From a virus: a stretch of DNA of 64,000 bases. Below the pieces are notes generated by a model. It was not told where the DNA came from. It did not search any database and saw nothing but the letters and a program-made list of their open reading frames with translations. The stretch is taken from IMG/VR virus record IMGVR_UViG_3300027736_002225; one strand, 5' to 3'. Positions 27,653 through 38,051 of the stretch are shown here, one piece after another. The translations under genes were made by a program, and so were the position numbers. Numbering within the stretch: position 1 is the first letter of the stretch; each line of letters begins with the position of its first letter.

Positions 27653-28687
27653 TTATTTTTTCTCTTCGGGTTTCGGAATACTACTTGGCGTACGAGCTAG
27701 ACTAGCATCGCTCTTAGCACGCTGTTTATTTTCTGCATTCCATAATCTTTGAGCAGCACTCATACGGGCTTCTGCAACTTCAGTATCTTCTTTATTCAAT
27801 CTTTTTTCTGCCCTAGTAATACCAAGGCTTCTTTGTATAAATTTATGACCTGCCTCATTGCCGGTCTTAGGATCATTATCTTTTAACGCTTTACCTATTT
27901 TAGTAAATTGTTTATCTTGATCTGCTTCTGCTTTTTTATTATAAGAATACACAGTATCTTTATTTAATTCTTCAATTGGTTCAACTTCTTCTTTTGCTAA
28001 ACGGTCAATTGCCTTATTAACATTATTTTGTCTTTTCCAAGATTTTTCTTTATAATCTTGCGATAGTTTAGCACTTGCCTGTTTCATGCCTGGGCTTTTT
28101 GCTCTTATGCCTTTATTCTCAAAATCTGCTGCAATTTTACGTTGAATTCCAGCACTGCGAGCCGCGCCTTTAGCATAAGCCGCAAGAGTAGATTTTGATA
28201 ATTCATCTAACTCCTCAACTTCTTCGCCCAACTCTTCAGAAGATTTCATATAATCCAATGATGTTGTAATATAATCTTCTGCTTTTGTTATTTTTGCCTG
28301 CACCCACTCTGGAAGATTTTCATCTTCTTCGAGCATATCTTTTAATTCTGCAGCATTTCTACAAATTGTTTGTAATTGTGTCTTGGCCATGGCGCCTTCA
28401 TAATCATACTCGCCTTCATCTTTGGCTTCTGCCATATCTTCTTTTTTCTTTTTCTTGGCAATAGCAATTGCGGCTTGTTGTGCAGCATTTGCAGCTTCAT
28501 CCACATTTTCATTTCTTTTAGATGCATACGAGGCACCAAGGGCCATACGAATACGTTCTTTTTTGCTTTTGCCAGCAAATTTTGGGTTGTCTGAATGAAC
28601 AAAATCGTCTATCCATTTACCCGTAGGATCAGAAGCCTTTAAGACTTCTAATAAAGAATCTTCTCTAAATTGATTAAATTTCTTCAT
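27653..28687 (-). CDS. Prohead core / internal head protein (modular, charged)
   Basis: Between portal and protease; MKKFNQFRE start resembles a capsid-targeting sequence; repeated hydrophobic-x-E motifs. Confidence 0.6.
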   Translation of the reverse strand: MKKFNQFREDSLLEVLKASDPTGKWIDDFVHSDNPKFAGKSKKERIRMALGASYASKRNENVDEAANAAQQAAIAIAKKKKKEDMAEAKDEGEYDYEGAMAKTQLQTICRNAAELKDMLEEDENLPEWVQAKITKAEDYITTSLDYMKSSEELGEEVEELDELSKSTLAAYAKGAARSAGIQRKIAADFENKGIRAKSPGMKQASAKLSQDYKEKSWKRQNNVNKAIDRLAKEEVEPIEELNKDTVYSYNKKAEADQDKQFTKIGKALKDNDPKTGNEAGHKFIQRSLGITRAEKRLNKEDTEVAEARMSAAQRLWNAENKQRAKSDASLARTPSSIPKPEEKK

Positions 28688-28844
28688 TTTCCTTGCCTAT
28701 GCTGGCTGCAATTTCTTGTTTTTTATCGTCTAATGCTGCGGATAATTTAAATCCTAAAGCATCGTTAAATCTATTAACTGCGTCATTTGAGCGATCTGCT
28801 AAAATGTCGTCTACCATGTGTCTAATAACTTCTGATGTATCCAT
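28674..28844 (-). CDS. Small prohead core protein (gp67-like), 56 aa, below the ORF track cut-off
   Basis: Manual translation MDTSEVIRHMVDDILADRSNDAVNRFNDALGFKLSAALDDKKQEIAASIGKENEEI, immediately after the portal gene. Confidence 0.7.
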   Translation of the reverse strand: MDTSEVIRHMVDDILADRSNDAVNRFNDALGFKLSAALDDKKQEIAASIGKENEEI

Positions 28845-28847
28845 AAT

Positions 28848-30383
28848 TTACCCCTGCGGTTGCTCTATAGGTTGACCATCCATACCCAATGTAGGTGGAG
28901 GTTCTGCTGCCATTTGTTTTTCCATTGTCTCAATTTCGTCAATGGTCATTCTTAACACATTTCTCATTATATATTCTTTACTAAAATACGTTCCAACGTA
29001 TGGTTGCATCTGATTCAATACGTCAATTCTATTACGAAGATTTTCTGCATCTTTCATTTCCGCAAAATATTGATCTTGTGCAAATTTAAATTGAATTACC
29101 TCTTTAAATTGTACCCAGTCTTGTTCAGTAATAACGCCAGTTAAAATTAACTGCGTTTTCAATATATCATGAAATAATTGACTAAATTTCTTGCGAAGTC
29201 GGCCAACAAATTTTGCAAATTTTAATTCATCTCTAGTTATCTCTGTTGCTCTACCAAAAGAAATACCCTGTTGTGCTTGCATTCTTGATAAAGGAACATT
29301 CAATGCCTGATATAATTTATTCTGAAAATAATGAATATCGTCAATCTGACCTAAATTTTCTCCACCTGGTAATGTAGTAATCTCAGTACCACGTCCACCT
29401 TCTCTTCTAGGTAGCCAAAAATCCTCAAGCATCGACATAAATTTGCGATCGTCTCTTATTTCGCCTGTTGCAGAATCATAGACAATCTTATTACGATAGC
29501 GAGCCATAATATCCTTAAGATATTGCTCGGCTTTCAACTTAGGCAAATTGCCCACATCAATATAAAATATTCTTCTTTCTGGTGCTCTTGATAACCTATA
29601 GATTACCAACGCATCTTCCATCATCTTTAACTGATTCACCGGTTTAATTGCTTTATGCAAATAACTTAAAACAACATTCTTCTCGGAATCATTTAAACCG
29701 GAAGGAGCATAACTAACAGAATCCAAAGATATACGTAGACCTTGATTCGCACCCGTCGCCGCAGTCTGATAATTTGGCTGATAATTTATGCCTTTTTCAT
29801 TATAGATGAAAAATTCTTCAATTGATTTAATAAGATCAATGCCGGTCTTTTGATCTTTATCTTTTTTAATCTCTCTGACCTTACGAATTTTTCGTGGGTC
29901 AATTTGTCTTAACTCAATGATGCCCCTTTTAGGATTTTTCTCATCAATAATCTTTTGATAATAAATTCTACCATCCACATACCATCTACGGAATATATCA
30001 AATCCTTTTATATTGAATCCAAGAAGTCTAACAATTACGCTAAACTGATCTTCAATTGCCTTCTTAATGTTATCAGGAACATCAAGCCCATCTAAATTAA
30101 TTTGTACAACCGCCTCGTCCTCAACCGCCGCAATTGCCTCGGTTACAATTTCATCAATTGCTGTAGAACAATCAGCATACATGGATGCTTCACGATATCG
30201 GGTAATTAACTCTGCCTCTGATTTCGCAGTTGCATCCATTTCTAAGTATGTTCCGAAGTAACCGCCACCTTGTACCGTTGCGGTTCCATCTTCAGTAGTA
30301 GGTGGCACAAACGATTGTGTTCGTGCCAATTTACTCACATCATTATCACGGCTAATTGTGTAGCCGAATATATTAATTGCCAT
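28848..30383 (-). CDS. gp20: gp20 portal protein
   Basis: WYVDGR, YRLSRAPERRIFYIDVGNLP, EDFWLPRREGGRGTEITTLPGG. Confidence 0.98.
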   Translation of the reverse strand: MAINIFGYTISRDNDVSKLARTQSFVPPTTEDGTATVQGGGYFGTYLEMDATAKSEAELITRYREASMYADCSTAIDEIVTEAIAAVEDEAVVQINLDGLDVPDNIKKAIEDQFSVIVRLLGFNIKGFDIFRRWYVDGRIYYQKIIDEKNPKRGIIELRQIDPRKIRKVREIKKDKDQKTGIDLIKSIEEFFIYNEKGINYQPNYQTAATGANQGLRISLDSVSYAPSGLNDSEKNVVLSYLHKAIKPVNQLKMMEDALVIYRLSRAPERRIFYIDVGNLPKLKAEQYLKDIMARYRNKIVYDSATGEIRDDRKFMSMLEDFWLPRREGGRGTEITTLPGGENLGQIDDIHYFQNKLYQALNVPLSRMQAQQGISFGRATEITRDELKFAKFVGRLRKKFSQLFHDILKTQLILTGVITEQDWVQFKEVIQFKFAQDQYFAEMKDAENLRNRIDVLNQMQPYVGTYFSKEYIMRNVLRMTIDEIETMEKQMAAEPPPTLGMDGQPIEQPQG

Positions 30384-30403
30384 TATTTAAATCCAAAAAT
30401 AAA

Positions 30404-30964
30404 TTATACAATGCTGCTAGTTAAAGATTGTACGGTAAACGATTGATATTGGAATGTCACAGAGAATGTAGATAATTGATCGTTAGCCGCAAAATCTAAT
30501 CCAATTGGAGAAATATCTGTTGGGAACGCATCTCTTAAATTGTATTGACGAATTGCAACACCTTTTCTATTCAATTGTACAACATCAATAGTTTGTTGAT
30601 ATAACAAAGGTAACATTTCGCCAGTCTTTGCAGTATTGCTTTCAATAAGATTCATCCATTTTTCTAAAGCATTTCTTAAAGTAAAATCACTGTCATTAAT
30701 AATAGTACAAGTAAACGGCGCAAATACTTTATCTCCGGCCAATTTAATTTCGCGACCCCTGTAATAAACAGGAGTAACTCCAATTGTCTGGCCAGGCAAT
30801 TCTGCAATATTAACCAAATAACTTGATATATCAGATTGAATACCTGCAGGTTGAGCAACCGAAGGAAAGTGTATGTCAATTCTAAATTGATTTGGACGGG
30901 CACCGCCGTCGCCCAATCTTGCTTTAAATTGATCTATATTAAAAGGAATCGTTTCTAATGCCAT
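30404..30964 (-). CDS. gp19: gp19 tail tube
   Basis: GGARPNQF, GREIKLAGD, NDSDF, FPTDIS. Confidence 0.93.
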   Translation of the reverse strand: MALETIPFNIDQFKARLGDGGARPNQFRIDIHFPSVAQPAGIQSDISSYLVNIAELPGQTIGVTPVYYRGREIKLAGDKVFAPFTCTIINDSDFTLRNALEKWMNLIESNTAKTGEMLPLLYQQTIDVVQLNRKGVAIRQYNLRDAFPTDISPIGLDFAANDQLSTFSVTFQYQSFTVQSLTSSIV

Positions 30965-30979
30965 TTGGTTTCTCCGTTA

Positions 30980-32707
30980 TTATGCGCCAACTTCTTCAAA
31001 CGAAATGCCCGATCTTGTAGCAATAAATGTCAATGATATGAAATTAATAGAACGTGCTGGCTTGACAAATATGTCTGCTCTAAATTCATTTCTATCAATT
31101 ACATCACCGGTGTTGTTTGTGTCATCGCAAACAACTTTGAAATCCGTAATGCCACGTCGACCTTGAACATCTCTTAAGAAAGGCTCTATTAGATTTCTAA
31201 ATTGTGATCTTGTAAACGGATCGTTAAATTCAAATAATTGGAATTTTGCAGCAGTTGCAATTGCTTTTTCCAATACAATAAACAATCTACGAACATTAAT
31301 TCTATCAAATGCGCTAGGTTTTGACAACATAGTTTTGTCGCCGTATAGAATTGTTCCTTGACCGGGGAAGGATACTACAGGATTAACACCTGCTTTGTAT
31401 AATGTATCCCTATCCGTCTTAGAAGGATTAAATGCTAGTTTAACAACATTTCTAATTTGACCTCTAGAGAATCCGCCTGGGCTAAACCAAGGATCTGTTA
31501 GAGAATCAGTTCTCACGCATAGACCAGCAATGTCGCCATTTAATGGAACCCAACGATATTTGTCGTTATATCTATCATACTGATATTTCCATCCGGAATC
31601 CATAACAGCATAACTAGAATTAATATTTAATGTATTATTTCTCCAAGAAACAACGCTGCTTGCTTGAGTAGAAGGAGAAACATTTACAACAGATTCCAAA
31701 CTAGGAGATACAAATACTACGCAATCTTTTCTATCTTCTGCAATTGCAACTAAGTTAGAAACAACTGCTGCGGTATTTGACCAAGGTCCTGCAGGAATTA
31801 AATTAATATCATACAACTCATCGTTTGAGAAGTTGTTAAATCCTGCAATTACGTTACCTGCAGAAATATTTGCTTCGTCAGAAACGCCTTTGCTGAACGA
31901 TACTGATACATTTGTGCTAAGATTTCCAAATGCTCTGCCAACAACTGTGGTTCCCCATGTTGCAGTATTTGCAACTGAAGTTAATGGATGGTCCATAGAC
32001 CAAACATATGCAGATTGATTATTAATTACATCTTTGTAATAGTTTGCAGATCCATCTGATTTCTTAGCATCGGATCCTTTGGATACATATGCAAATTTTT
32101 CTAATACTGTGTTTCTAACACCAGTTAAAATACCTTCTTCGTCAATAATAACAACGTGTAACTCGTCATTCGCTCCACCAAGAGATGCAGTAACGGTTGA
32201 TGTTCCAGGAGCATTATTGAATTCTGATTGATATGGCCATGCGTTTCCAGAAAAACCATTATAAGCATTCCAAGTGTTTCCGTCAACCATTGAAACTTTT
32301 AAGGTATTTCCTATATCTCCAGGGTATTTAGCTGCAAATTCGCCCAAACCATTTCCGCCGTTTGATCTAGTAGAAATATAATCATCAATATTTTTAATTA
32401 ATATTGCACTTGCACTTGCATTAGCAATTGCATTTTTAGCTGTTCCCTCGTTTACAACACGAACAAGTTTTAGATTATTACCATAAGATAAGAAATTTGC
32501 TGCAGTATAGAAAGATGTATACGTCGCATCATTAGGTCCGCCGAAATATTTTACTAAATTATTCTCAGAATCGACAGTGGTAACTAGGCCAACAGGTCCC
32601 CATTGGAAGGCGCCAGCAAAACCGCCAGCTGAAGTAGCAACAGAAGGGACTATTGCGGTTAAATCCTTTTCTTGTACTAATACGCCCGGTGAAAGCTGAA
32701 ATGCCAT
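30980..32707 (-). CDS. gp18: gp18 tail sheath
   Basis: MAFQLSPGV, FQWGP, PWFSPGG, FDRINVRRLF, FEFND. Confidence 0.97.
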   Translation of the reverse strand: MAFQLSPGVLVQEKDLTAIVPSVATSAGGFAGAFQWGPVGLVTTVDSENNLVKYFGGPNDATYTSFYTAANFLSYGNNLKLVRVVNEGTAKNAIANASASAILIKNIDDYISTRSNGGNGLGEFAAKYPGDIGNTLKVSMVDGNTWNAYNGFSGNAWPYQSEFNNAPGTSTVTASLGGANDELHVVIIDEEGILTGVRNTVLEKFAYVSKGSDAKKSDGSANYYKDVINNQSAYVWSMDHPLTSVANTATWGTTVVGRAFGNLSTNVSVSFSKGVSDEANISAGNVIAGFNNFSNDELYDINLIPAGPWSNTAAVVSNLVAIAEDRKDCVVFVSPSLESVVNVSPSTQASSVVSWRNNTLNINSSYAVMDSGWKYQYDRYNDKYRWVPLNGDIAGLCVRTDSLTDPWFSPGGFSRGQIRNVVKLAFNPSKTDRDTLYKAGVNPVVSFPGQGTILYGDKTMLSKPSAFDRINVRRLFIVLEKAIATAAKFQLFEFNDPFTRSQFRNLIEPFLRDVQGRRGITDFKVVCDDTNNTGDVIDRNEFRADIFVKPARSINFISLTFIATRSGISFEEVGA

Positions 32708-32757
32708 CTTATTCTCCTTAAAGATTTTTATATAGTTTTATAACTATGATTACTATT

Positions 32758-32765
32758 TATTTATA
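32758..32765 (-). promoter_or_regulatory. Late promoter TATAAATA for gp18
   Basis: Exact motif upstream of gp18. Confidence 0.8.
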
Positions 32766-32776
32766 AGTATAGCGTT

Positions 32777-34480
32777 CTAGACATTTTCCATCCATTTTGT
32801 TTTAAGTTTTTCAAGTTCTTTTGCAGGATCTTGCGAAAACCAAACATCGTCACCAATAATTTCAGGGGCCTCTTTTTCAGGGATCCCTGTATTTATAATT
32901 CCAAACGGGGTTAAATTCTCTTCAATTTGTTTAAACTGATCTTCATATAGTACTTTCCTCAAATTTGTATCAGTTAAATCTTTGAAGAAAGGTTCGTTTG
33001 TTGCCCAGGAAAACAGAACCAAACACATAACCAAATCGTCATGATATCCTTCGTCCGCTTTGTGGGTTCCACGAACCTCAATAAATGTGGAAATTTCTTC
33101 AATTATTTCGGGATCGTGTATTAATAACTTCTTCCCCTCAACCAAACTCTTAAATGTCGTACATCCTAGACGTTTTACTTGTTTAGTGGTTCTAATCCCT
33201 AGGCCTGCGCCTTGAGTAAAACCGCCAGACAAATATTGTCCAGATTTGCTATTATGACCAACAAAGAATACGTTTTCGTATTCTAAATCCATATACAATG
33301 AATCCGCTACCTGCTGCCCGTTATCGTTAATTTCAACTAAACAGTAAGCATTATTATAATCTTTTGCCATTTTATATATAATGTTCGGAAACATCAATGG
33401 ACTTACCTTATTACTTCTATATTTAGCCACTACGGAATAAGGATATTCTGTAATGTCTAAAACTGTAAATGCCGAGTAATCTCCCCCTACTCCACGGGAA
33501 GTATCTGCAACTAGCATATAGATATGATTTATTCCTTCAAACGTTCCATCATCTTTTTTCTTTGCCCTGATTGGTTCAACCAATACGTCTAATCCCTCTT
33601 TTGTGAACACAAATTGTTTTGTGGACATTTGGGAAATTGTATCTGGAGAAATAAGGGTATTTGAAGAACCTAAGAAACGACATAAAACTTCTTGATTGAA
33701 TTTTAATTCACCAAGCATTGCCTTTTGTTCTCCGGCCCACTTTTCATCTCTGCCAGGGATTCTACTGTAAGGGATAAACAGAGTAGTAAATCCGTTTAAT
33801 CCTTGTTCCGCTTCGTTCCAGAATTTCCAGAAATGATTATATCCTAAAGGTGTAGATGTTAACAGAATTTTTGTAGTGTTGCCTGCAGAGATTGTAGGAT
33901 AAACTGAAGTGAAAAAATCTTCTGCAACATTATTTGGAATAATTGCCGCTTCGTCGATATACAACCAGTTTACAGACTTGCCTCGAATACCAGATCCGCT
34001 GGTTGCCGCAGTAAATACTTTAGAACCATTCTCAAGTTCAATATCGCCCTTGTTGAATGTCTTTACTCCCTGTTGCATCCACATAGGAAGCATTTCATAC
34101 ATTAATTCGTATCTTGAAAGAACTTCTCGGGCAGCCGAAGACTTGTTTGCCAAAATTGCAACTGTTTTATTTTCTTGGAATAACGTATACCAAAGAATAC
34201 ACGCCGCAGAAGTAATTGTTTTACCTTGTTGACGACCTTCCATTAAAATAACCTTACGATTATTTAATATAACATCAACCTTTTCTTTTTGGCAATCGTA
34301 TAACTTAAAAGGAATAAGACCCTTATCAAGTGATACAATTTTGCAATATGCTTCTATAAAGTAAACAGGATCCTGCATACAACGCATAAGCTCTCTTACT
34401 TGCTCTTGGGTGTATGATTCTACAATTCCAATTGGTTTAAGATTGGGATTGCCGTTATATGATACTGCTTTACTGCTCAA
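32777..34480 (-). CDS. gp17: gp17 terminase large subunit
   Basis: YNGNPNLK, RQQGKT, YIDEAA, STPLG, DTSRGVGGDYS, HDDLVM. Confidence 0.98.
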   Translation of the reverse strand: MSSKAVSYNGNPNLKPIGIVESYTQEQVRELMRCMQDPVYFIEAYCKIVSLDKGLIPFKLYDCQKEKVDVILNNRKVILMEGRQQGKTITSAACILWYTLFQENKTVAILANKSSAAREVLSRYELMYEMLPMWMQQGVKTFNKGDIELENGSKVFTAATSGSGIRGKSVNWLYIDEAAIIPNNVAEDFFTSVYPTISAGNTTKILLTSTPLGYNHFWKFWNEAEQGLNGFTTLFIPYSRIPGRDEKWAGEQKAMLGELKFNQEVLCRFLGSSNTLISPDTISQMSTKQFVFTKEGLDVLVEPIRAKKKDDGTFEGINHIYMLVADTSRGVGGDYSAFTVLDITEYPYSVVAKYRSNKVSPLMFPNIIYKMAKDYNNAYCLVEINDNGQQVADSLYMDLEYENVFFVGHNSKSGQYLSGGFTQGAGLGIRTTKQVKRLGCTTFKSLVEGKKLLIHDPEIIEEISTFIEVRGTHKADEGYHDDLVMCLVLFSWATNEPFFKDLTDTNLRKVLYEDQFKQIEENLTPFGIINTGIPEKEAPEIIGDDVWFSQDPAKELEKLKTKWMENV

Positions 34481-34901
34481 TTGTATTACCGTCGTTATTA
34501 TTTTTTAGCATCTTCATTAGTTCTGCGGTAGATCCAGCAAAAACTACATTGTTATTAGTAACACTTCTAGGCCCTTCGGTTTTTCCGGGTTGCAAATCTT
34601 TGGCCTTTTTCTGTAACTCTAGTAAATCTTTTGCAACATCAGATACCGTTTTAATTAACTGGCCGGCAACTTCATATGTTCTTGGATGCTCAGAACTCTT
34701 TGCAAGCTCTATCATCTGGTCCAATGTATCCCCGCTTTTATGAATTAGCCCGCGCAAAGTATTTCGTGCAAGCTGATAATCTTCATCTTGATCTAAATCT
34801 CTTTGTGTGGAATCATTTACAATTGCCGGCAAATCTTGTGTTTTTTCCGCTTCCGTTAACGGCAAATCAAATAATTTATCAAGTTCAGGAATATTTTTCA
34901 T
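34470..34901 (-). CDS. gp16: gp16 terminase small subunit
   Basis: DYQLARN, HPRTYEV, NNVVFAGSTAEL. Confidence 0.92.
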   Translation of the reverse strand: MKNIPELDKLFDLPLTEAEKTQDLPAIVNDSTQRDLDQDEDYQLARNTLRGLIHKSGDTLDQMIELAKSSEHPRTYEVAGQLIKTVSDVAKDLLELQKKAKDLQPGKTEGPRSVTNNNVVFAGSTAELMKMLKNNNDGNTIEQ

Positions 34902-35653
34902 TAAAAGTTTTCAAAGGTATCAGTAAACCCAATATCGTCACCAGGTTTTGCAGATAATGGCGACGGCTCAACTGTAACTTTAGTTAGTTGTTGAGTTAAT
35001 TCAGTATTATTAAAAGTTGTTGCAACTACTTTTCTAATAATTCCTTGTTTGTTAACAGGGCCATAAAAATTAAGTTTCATTGTAAAATTTAAAGTCCAAA
35101 CAATTGTTCTTTGTTGGTCGAATCCGCCTTCATATGTATCTTCAAAACTAACATTATCTAATAGTATAGGTAGATCGTTTTTAATTCCTAACTGAGGAAT
35201 TGATTTAACCGTTAAGTTATAATCCGGATTAAAATATGGTAAAATTTGTTCAACTATCTGTAACCCGTCATCTTGATTTTTTACATAAACAAAAAGAGAT
35301 ATATCAATGTTATATGGAGTAGGCGCATACTGCGCATCCAAGGTTGACGTCGAAGTATTTACCGATCTATTTTGTTGTATTGGGCTAATTTTTCTGGCAA
35401 AATCATAACTTAAAGTTGTCATCTCAAACGACATTCTAGGCACAATGACCTGGACATTCATGTCATCAACATTTGGTCTTTGTTGAATTCTTGCCAATGC
35501 CTTTTGTTTTGATGCATAAGAAATAGGCACCTTTAATACCTGTATTATATTTCCATCGGCATCTCTACGTTCAATAGTAATACTATTAAACATATTACCA
35601 AAGGCAATAATAGCTTTTCGTATGGTTCCCCAATAAAATCTTTGATCTAACAT
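34901..35653 (-). CDS. gp15: gp15 tail sheath stabilizer / terminator
   Basis: FGNMFN, VPISY, PRMSFE, QIVEQILPYF, YGP. Confidence 0.93.
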   Translation of the reverse strand: MLDQRFYWGTIRKAIIAFGNMFNSITIERRDADGNIIQVLKVPISYASKQKALARIQQRPNVDDMNVQVIVPRMSFEMTTLSYDFARKISPIQQNRSVNTSTSTLDAQYAPTPYNIDISLFVYVKNQDDGLQIVEQILPYFNPDYNLTVKSIPQLGIKNDLPILLDNVSFEDTYEGGFDQQRTIVWTLNFTMKLNFYGPVNKQGIIRKVVATTFNNTELTQQLTKVTVEPSPLSAKPGDDIGFTDTFENF

Positions 35654-36402
35654 TATCTAAATACCTCTCCAAAAGGATTCTTTTCGCTAAAATCTAATAT
35701 GTCGGTAATATTAGTATCAAAATCCTCATTTCTAGCAGCTCCATCATCTGAGTGCAATGTAGAATACGATTCTTGAATTATTGGACTTTCCGTGTTGTAT
35801 TCAAATAATAACTCACTACCATCTTCTTGAGTTATCTCAAAATTCTGTACGTCTTCATTAATGATATCTGGATAAGAATCAATTTCAGTAATTCCAGTTC
35901 TAATAACTTCGCTGGAGAATTGCATTAATTCGCAGAACAATTTGTATATGTATAACTTACCAACTTGATAGAAAGGCTGGCTTCCTTCAACCTTACGAAT
36001 TTCAAAATATGAGTGTGTTAATGGGAAATATAATAAATCTCCCTCTGCTGGTCTAGGCAGAATAGTATTACCTGTATTTCCCGCAACTTGTGTCCAACGT
36101 TTTCTAGAAACTATGAATGTTGCATCTTGTACTGTTTGCACACCAAATTTAGATAAGAAATCTCCAGGGCCTTCAAACCCATTGCTGTTTTCCAAATACA
36201 TCTCAATTGGGTATGCGTGTTCGTAATTGTTCAAAGGATCTTCGCCCAAAATACGGTCTTCGTTAAATGTTTTTCTAGGCAAATAATATAATTCAAATCC
36301 GTAAATCTTCAAGCATTCGATAACCAAATCCTCATAGAGATTTTGTTCCGATTGCCTGCCCATTGGTACGCCAGAATGAAAGTATGGATTAACGGTTGCC
36401 AT
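35653..36402 (-). CDS. gp14: gp14 neck protein
   Basis: NPYF, YYLPR, LSKFG, PAEGDLLYFP, FSEKNPFG. Confidence 0.92.
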   Translation of the reverse strand: MATVNPYFHSGVPMGRQSEQNLYEDLVIECLKIYGFELYYLPRKTFNEDRILGEDPLNNYEHAYPIEMYLENSNGFEGPGDFLSKFGVQTVQDATFIVSRKRWTQVAGNTGNTILPRPAEGDLLYFPLTHSYFEIRKVEGSQPFYQVGKLYIYKLFCELMQFSSEVIRTGITEIDSYPDIINEDVQNFEITQEDGSELLFEYNTESPIIQESYSTLHSDDGAARNEDFDTNITDILDFSEKNPFGEVFR

Positions 36403-36416
36403 TTTCTAATATTCTA

Positions 36417-36445
36417 TTGACAATCTATTGACACGATGTTATTAT
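36417..36445 (+). promoter_or_regulatory. Sigma70-type promoter antisense to gp13
   Basis: TTGACA-17 nt-TATTAT with an extended TG, in the gp13/gp14 gap; TCTATTGACA is duplicated in tandem. Confidence 0.55.
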
Positions 36446-36472
36446 CTTCTATGAGCCTAGGTGATAAGAATA

Positions 36473-37216
36473 TTATCCAACAAACATATCTACAGGCAAT
36501 TCAAATCTAGATTGTATTTCTGTTTCAATTTGTCTTATTTCTTCTACTGCTTCTTGATACACTATCTCACCATTAAGTGTTACACCTCCGGGAAGTTGTA
36601 CGCCTGAGAACTTTTTCATGTTATCTCCCCATTGTCTTTTGATTAGGGCAGTTGCATACCTTTTAAGGAACATATCATTATATACATCCGTAAACACATC
36701 CGGATCTAATATTCTCCAGCATTCCACAATTACATATGTACCTGGAACCACGTCAGCTGCCCAATCCATATCAATGAATAATCTATTCATGTGACGGTTA
36801 AACCGTATTGGTTTTTGACCAACGAGCAATTGGTTAATTAATTCTAATTCCTGTCTTACTTCTGTATAATAGATCAAATCTGTAGACATTAATGAATACA
36901 AATCGTTAATTAAAATCTGATACTTAATATCAAAGATATTTGTACCCGTAGATTTATTCATAAACGGGAATACTCTTTCAACACCAACAACTGCATCCGA
37001 TACTTCAATGTATTGATTTGAAATATTGTTTGCCGTTATTTGATGCTTAAGGTAAACTTTTTCTACAGCATCATAGTGATATTCTCTGTAGAATTGAAAC
37101 GCATCATCTAAACGATCTTCAACTTGATCGTCATCTACGTTTATTTCAATTACAGGAGAACCAAGTCTACGTAGACAGTATTCTTTAAGACCTTGTCTGG
37201 ATGTTACTGTTGCCAT
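36473..37216 (-). CDS. gp13: gp13 neck protein
   Basis: YCLRRLGSPVIEINV, YATALIKRQWG, LPGGVTLNG. Confidence 0.94.
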   Translation of the reverse strand: MATVTSRQGLKEYCLRRLGSPVIEINVDDDQVEDRLDDAFQFYREYHYDAVEKVYLKHQITANNISNQYIEVSDAVVGVERVFPFMNKSTGTNIFDIKYQILINDLYSLMSTDLIYYTEVRQELELINQLLVGQKPIRFNRHMNRLFIDMDWAADVVPGTYVIVECWRILDPDVFTDVYNDMFLKRYATALIKRQWGDNMKKFSGVQLPGGVTLNGEIVYQEAVEEIRQIETEIQSRFELPVDMFVG

Positions 37217-37545
37217 TACCGTGTTACTCCTGGATTTACTGTGATTATGCCTTCAACTATTCTCAATACTGTAGATCCTATATTTGCCTCAACATCATAC
37301 ACATATCTTACTGGAACAAGATTTGATGTCTGTGTAGCAGTTAATGATAAATTAATATTACCGGTAGTTGCGTTTGTGATATTTGCAGTTAATGAAACTG
37401 CATTTGCACTATAGTATGATCTACGCATTTGACTATTTATGTCATACCCAGCAAGGGATATCGGATTTTTGCTATTATCCAAATATTGAATATTAGCAGA
37501 AAAAGTTGCGCCTTGATCTATTACTAAATTTTTTGTTGCTGCCAT
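37216..37545 (-). CDS. Small virion structural protein (baseplate/fibre-associated)
   Basis: NLVIDQGATF ... RYVYDVE ... RIVEGIITVNPGVT, a family common in T4-like phages. Confidence 0.7.
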   Translation of the reverse strand: MAATKNLVIDQGATFSANIQYLDNSKNPISLAGYDINSQMRRSYYSANAVSLTANITNATTGNINLSLTATQTSNLVPVRYVYDVEANIGSTVLRIVEGIITVNPGVTR

Positions 37546-37546
37546 T

Positions 37547-38050
37547 TTATTCAGGCTTTGTTGGCCAAGTTATATTAAACGGATCTGTCTGTATAGTAAT
37601 GTCTCTCAATGCTTGACGGTATGTTGCCCAAGCTTCTTTCGTTGTGAGCGGAACATCTGGTAATTGAGTCCAATCTGTATTTTTTATTAATAATATTCGT
37701 TGCGCTCTTATATTTTGCCATTTTGCAGCAACTGATGCAACTAATTCTATTTCGGTTAATTCAACAGGAGTTTCTTGTACCCATTGTTTTGTAGTATAAT
37801 CAAATTTTGTTAATACCGATGGATTTGTATTTTCTGGTTTTAACACTGGGGTATTAGTGTCAAAATTATGATAGTATAAATCTATTGAAGACGTTGCTGG
37901 ATTTGCATTTAGATCTCCGTAGGGTTCGTGAAAAATATCTCCTACGTAAATTTTTGAGGGATCTTCAAAATTAATATTTTCTTCAGGGGCATTTAAAGTT
38001 TCAGTGTATCGCCCATGTTCATCAAATCTGTGATAAGTAATATTTGCCAT
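37547..38050 (-). CDS. Tail fibre assembly chaperone
   Basis: C-terminal WQNIRAQR...DWTQLPDVP...WATYRQALRDI...WPTKP; directly downstream of the fibre gene. Confidence 0.85.
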   Translation of the reverse strand: MANITYHRFDEHGRYTETLNAPEENINFEDPSKIYVGDIFHEPYGDLNANPATSSIDLYYHNFDTNTPVLKPENTNPSVLTKFDYTTKQWVQETPVELTEIELVASVAAKWQNIRAQRILLIKNTDWTQLPDVPLTTKEAWATYRQALRDITIQTDPFNITWPTKPE

Positions 38051-38051
38051 T

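Noticed and set aside
9913-34480. Introns, inteins or homing endonucleases in gp46, gp47, uvsW, gp23, gp20 or gp17
   Set aside because: All are uninterrupted and of normal length, and no HNH, GIY-YIG or intein motifs were seen.
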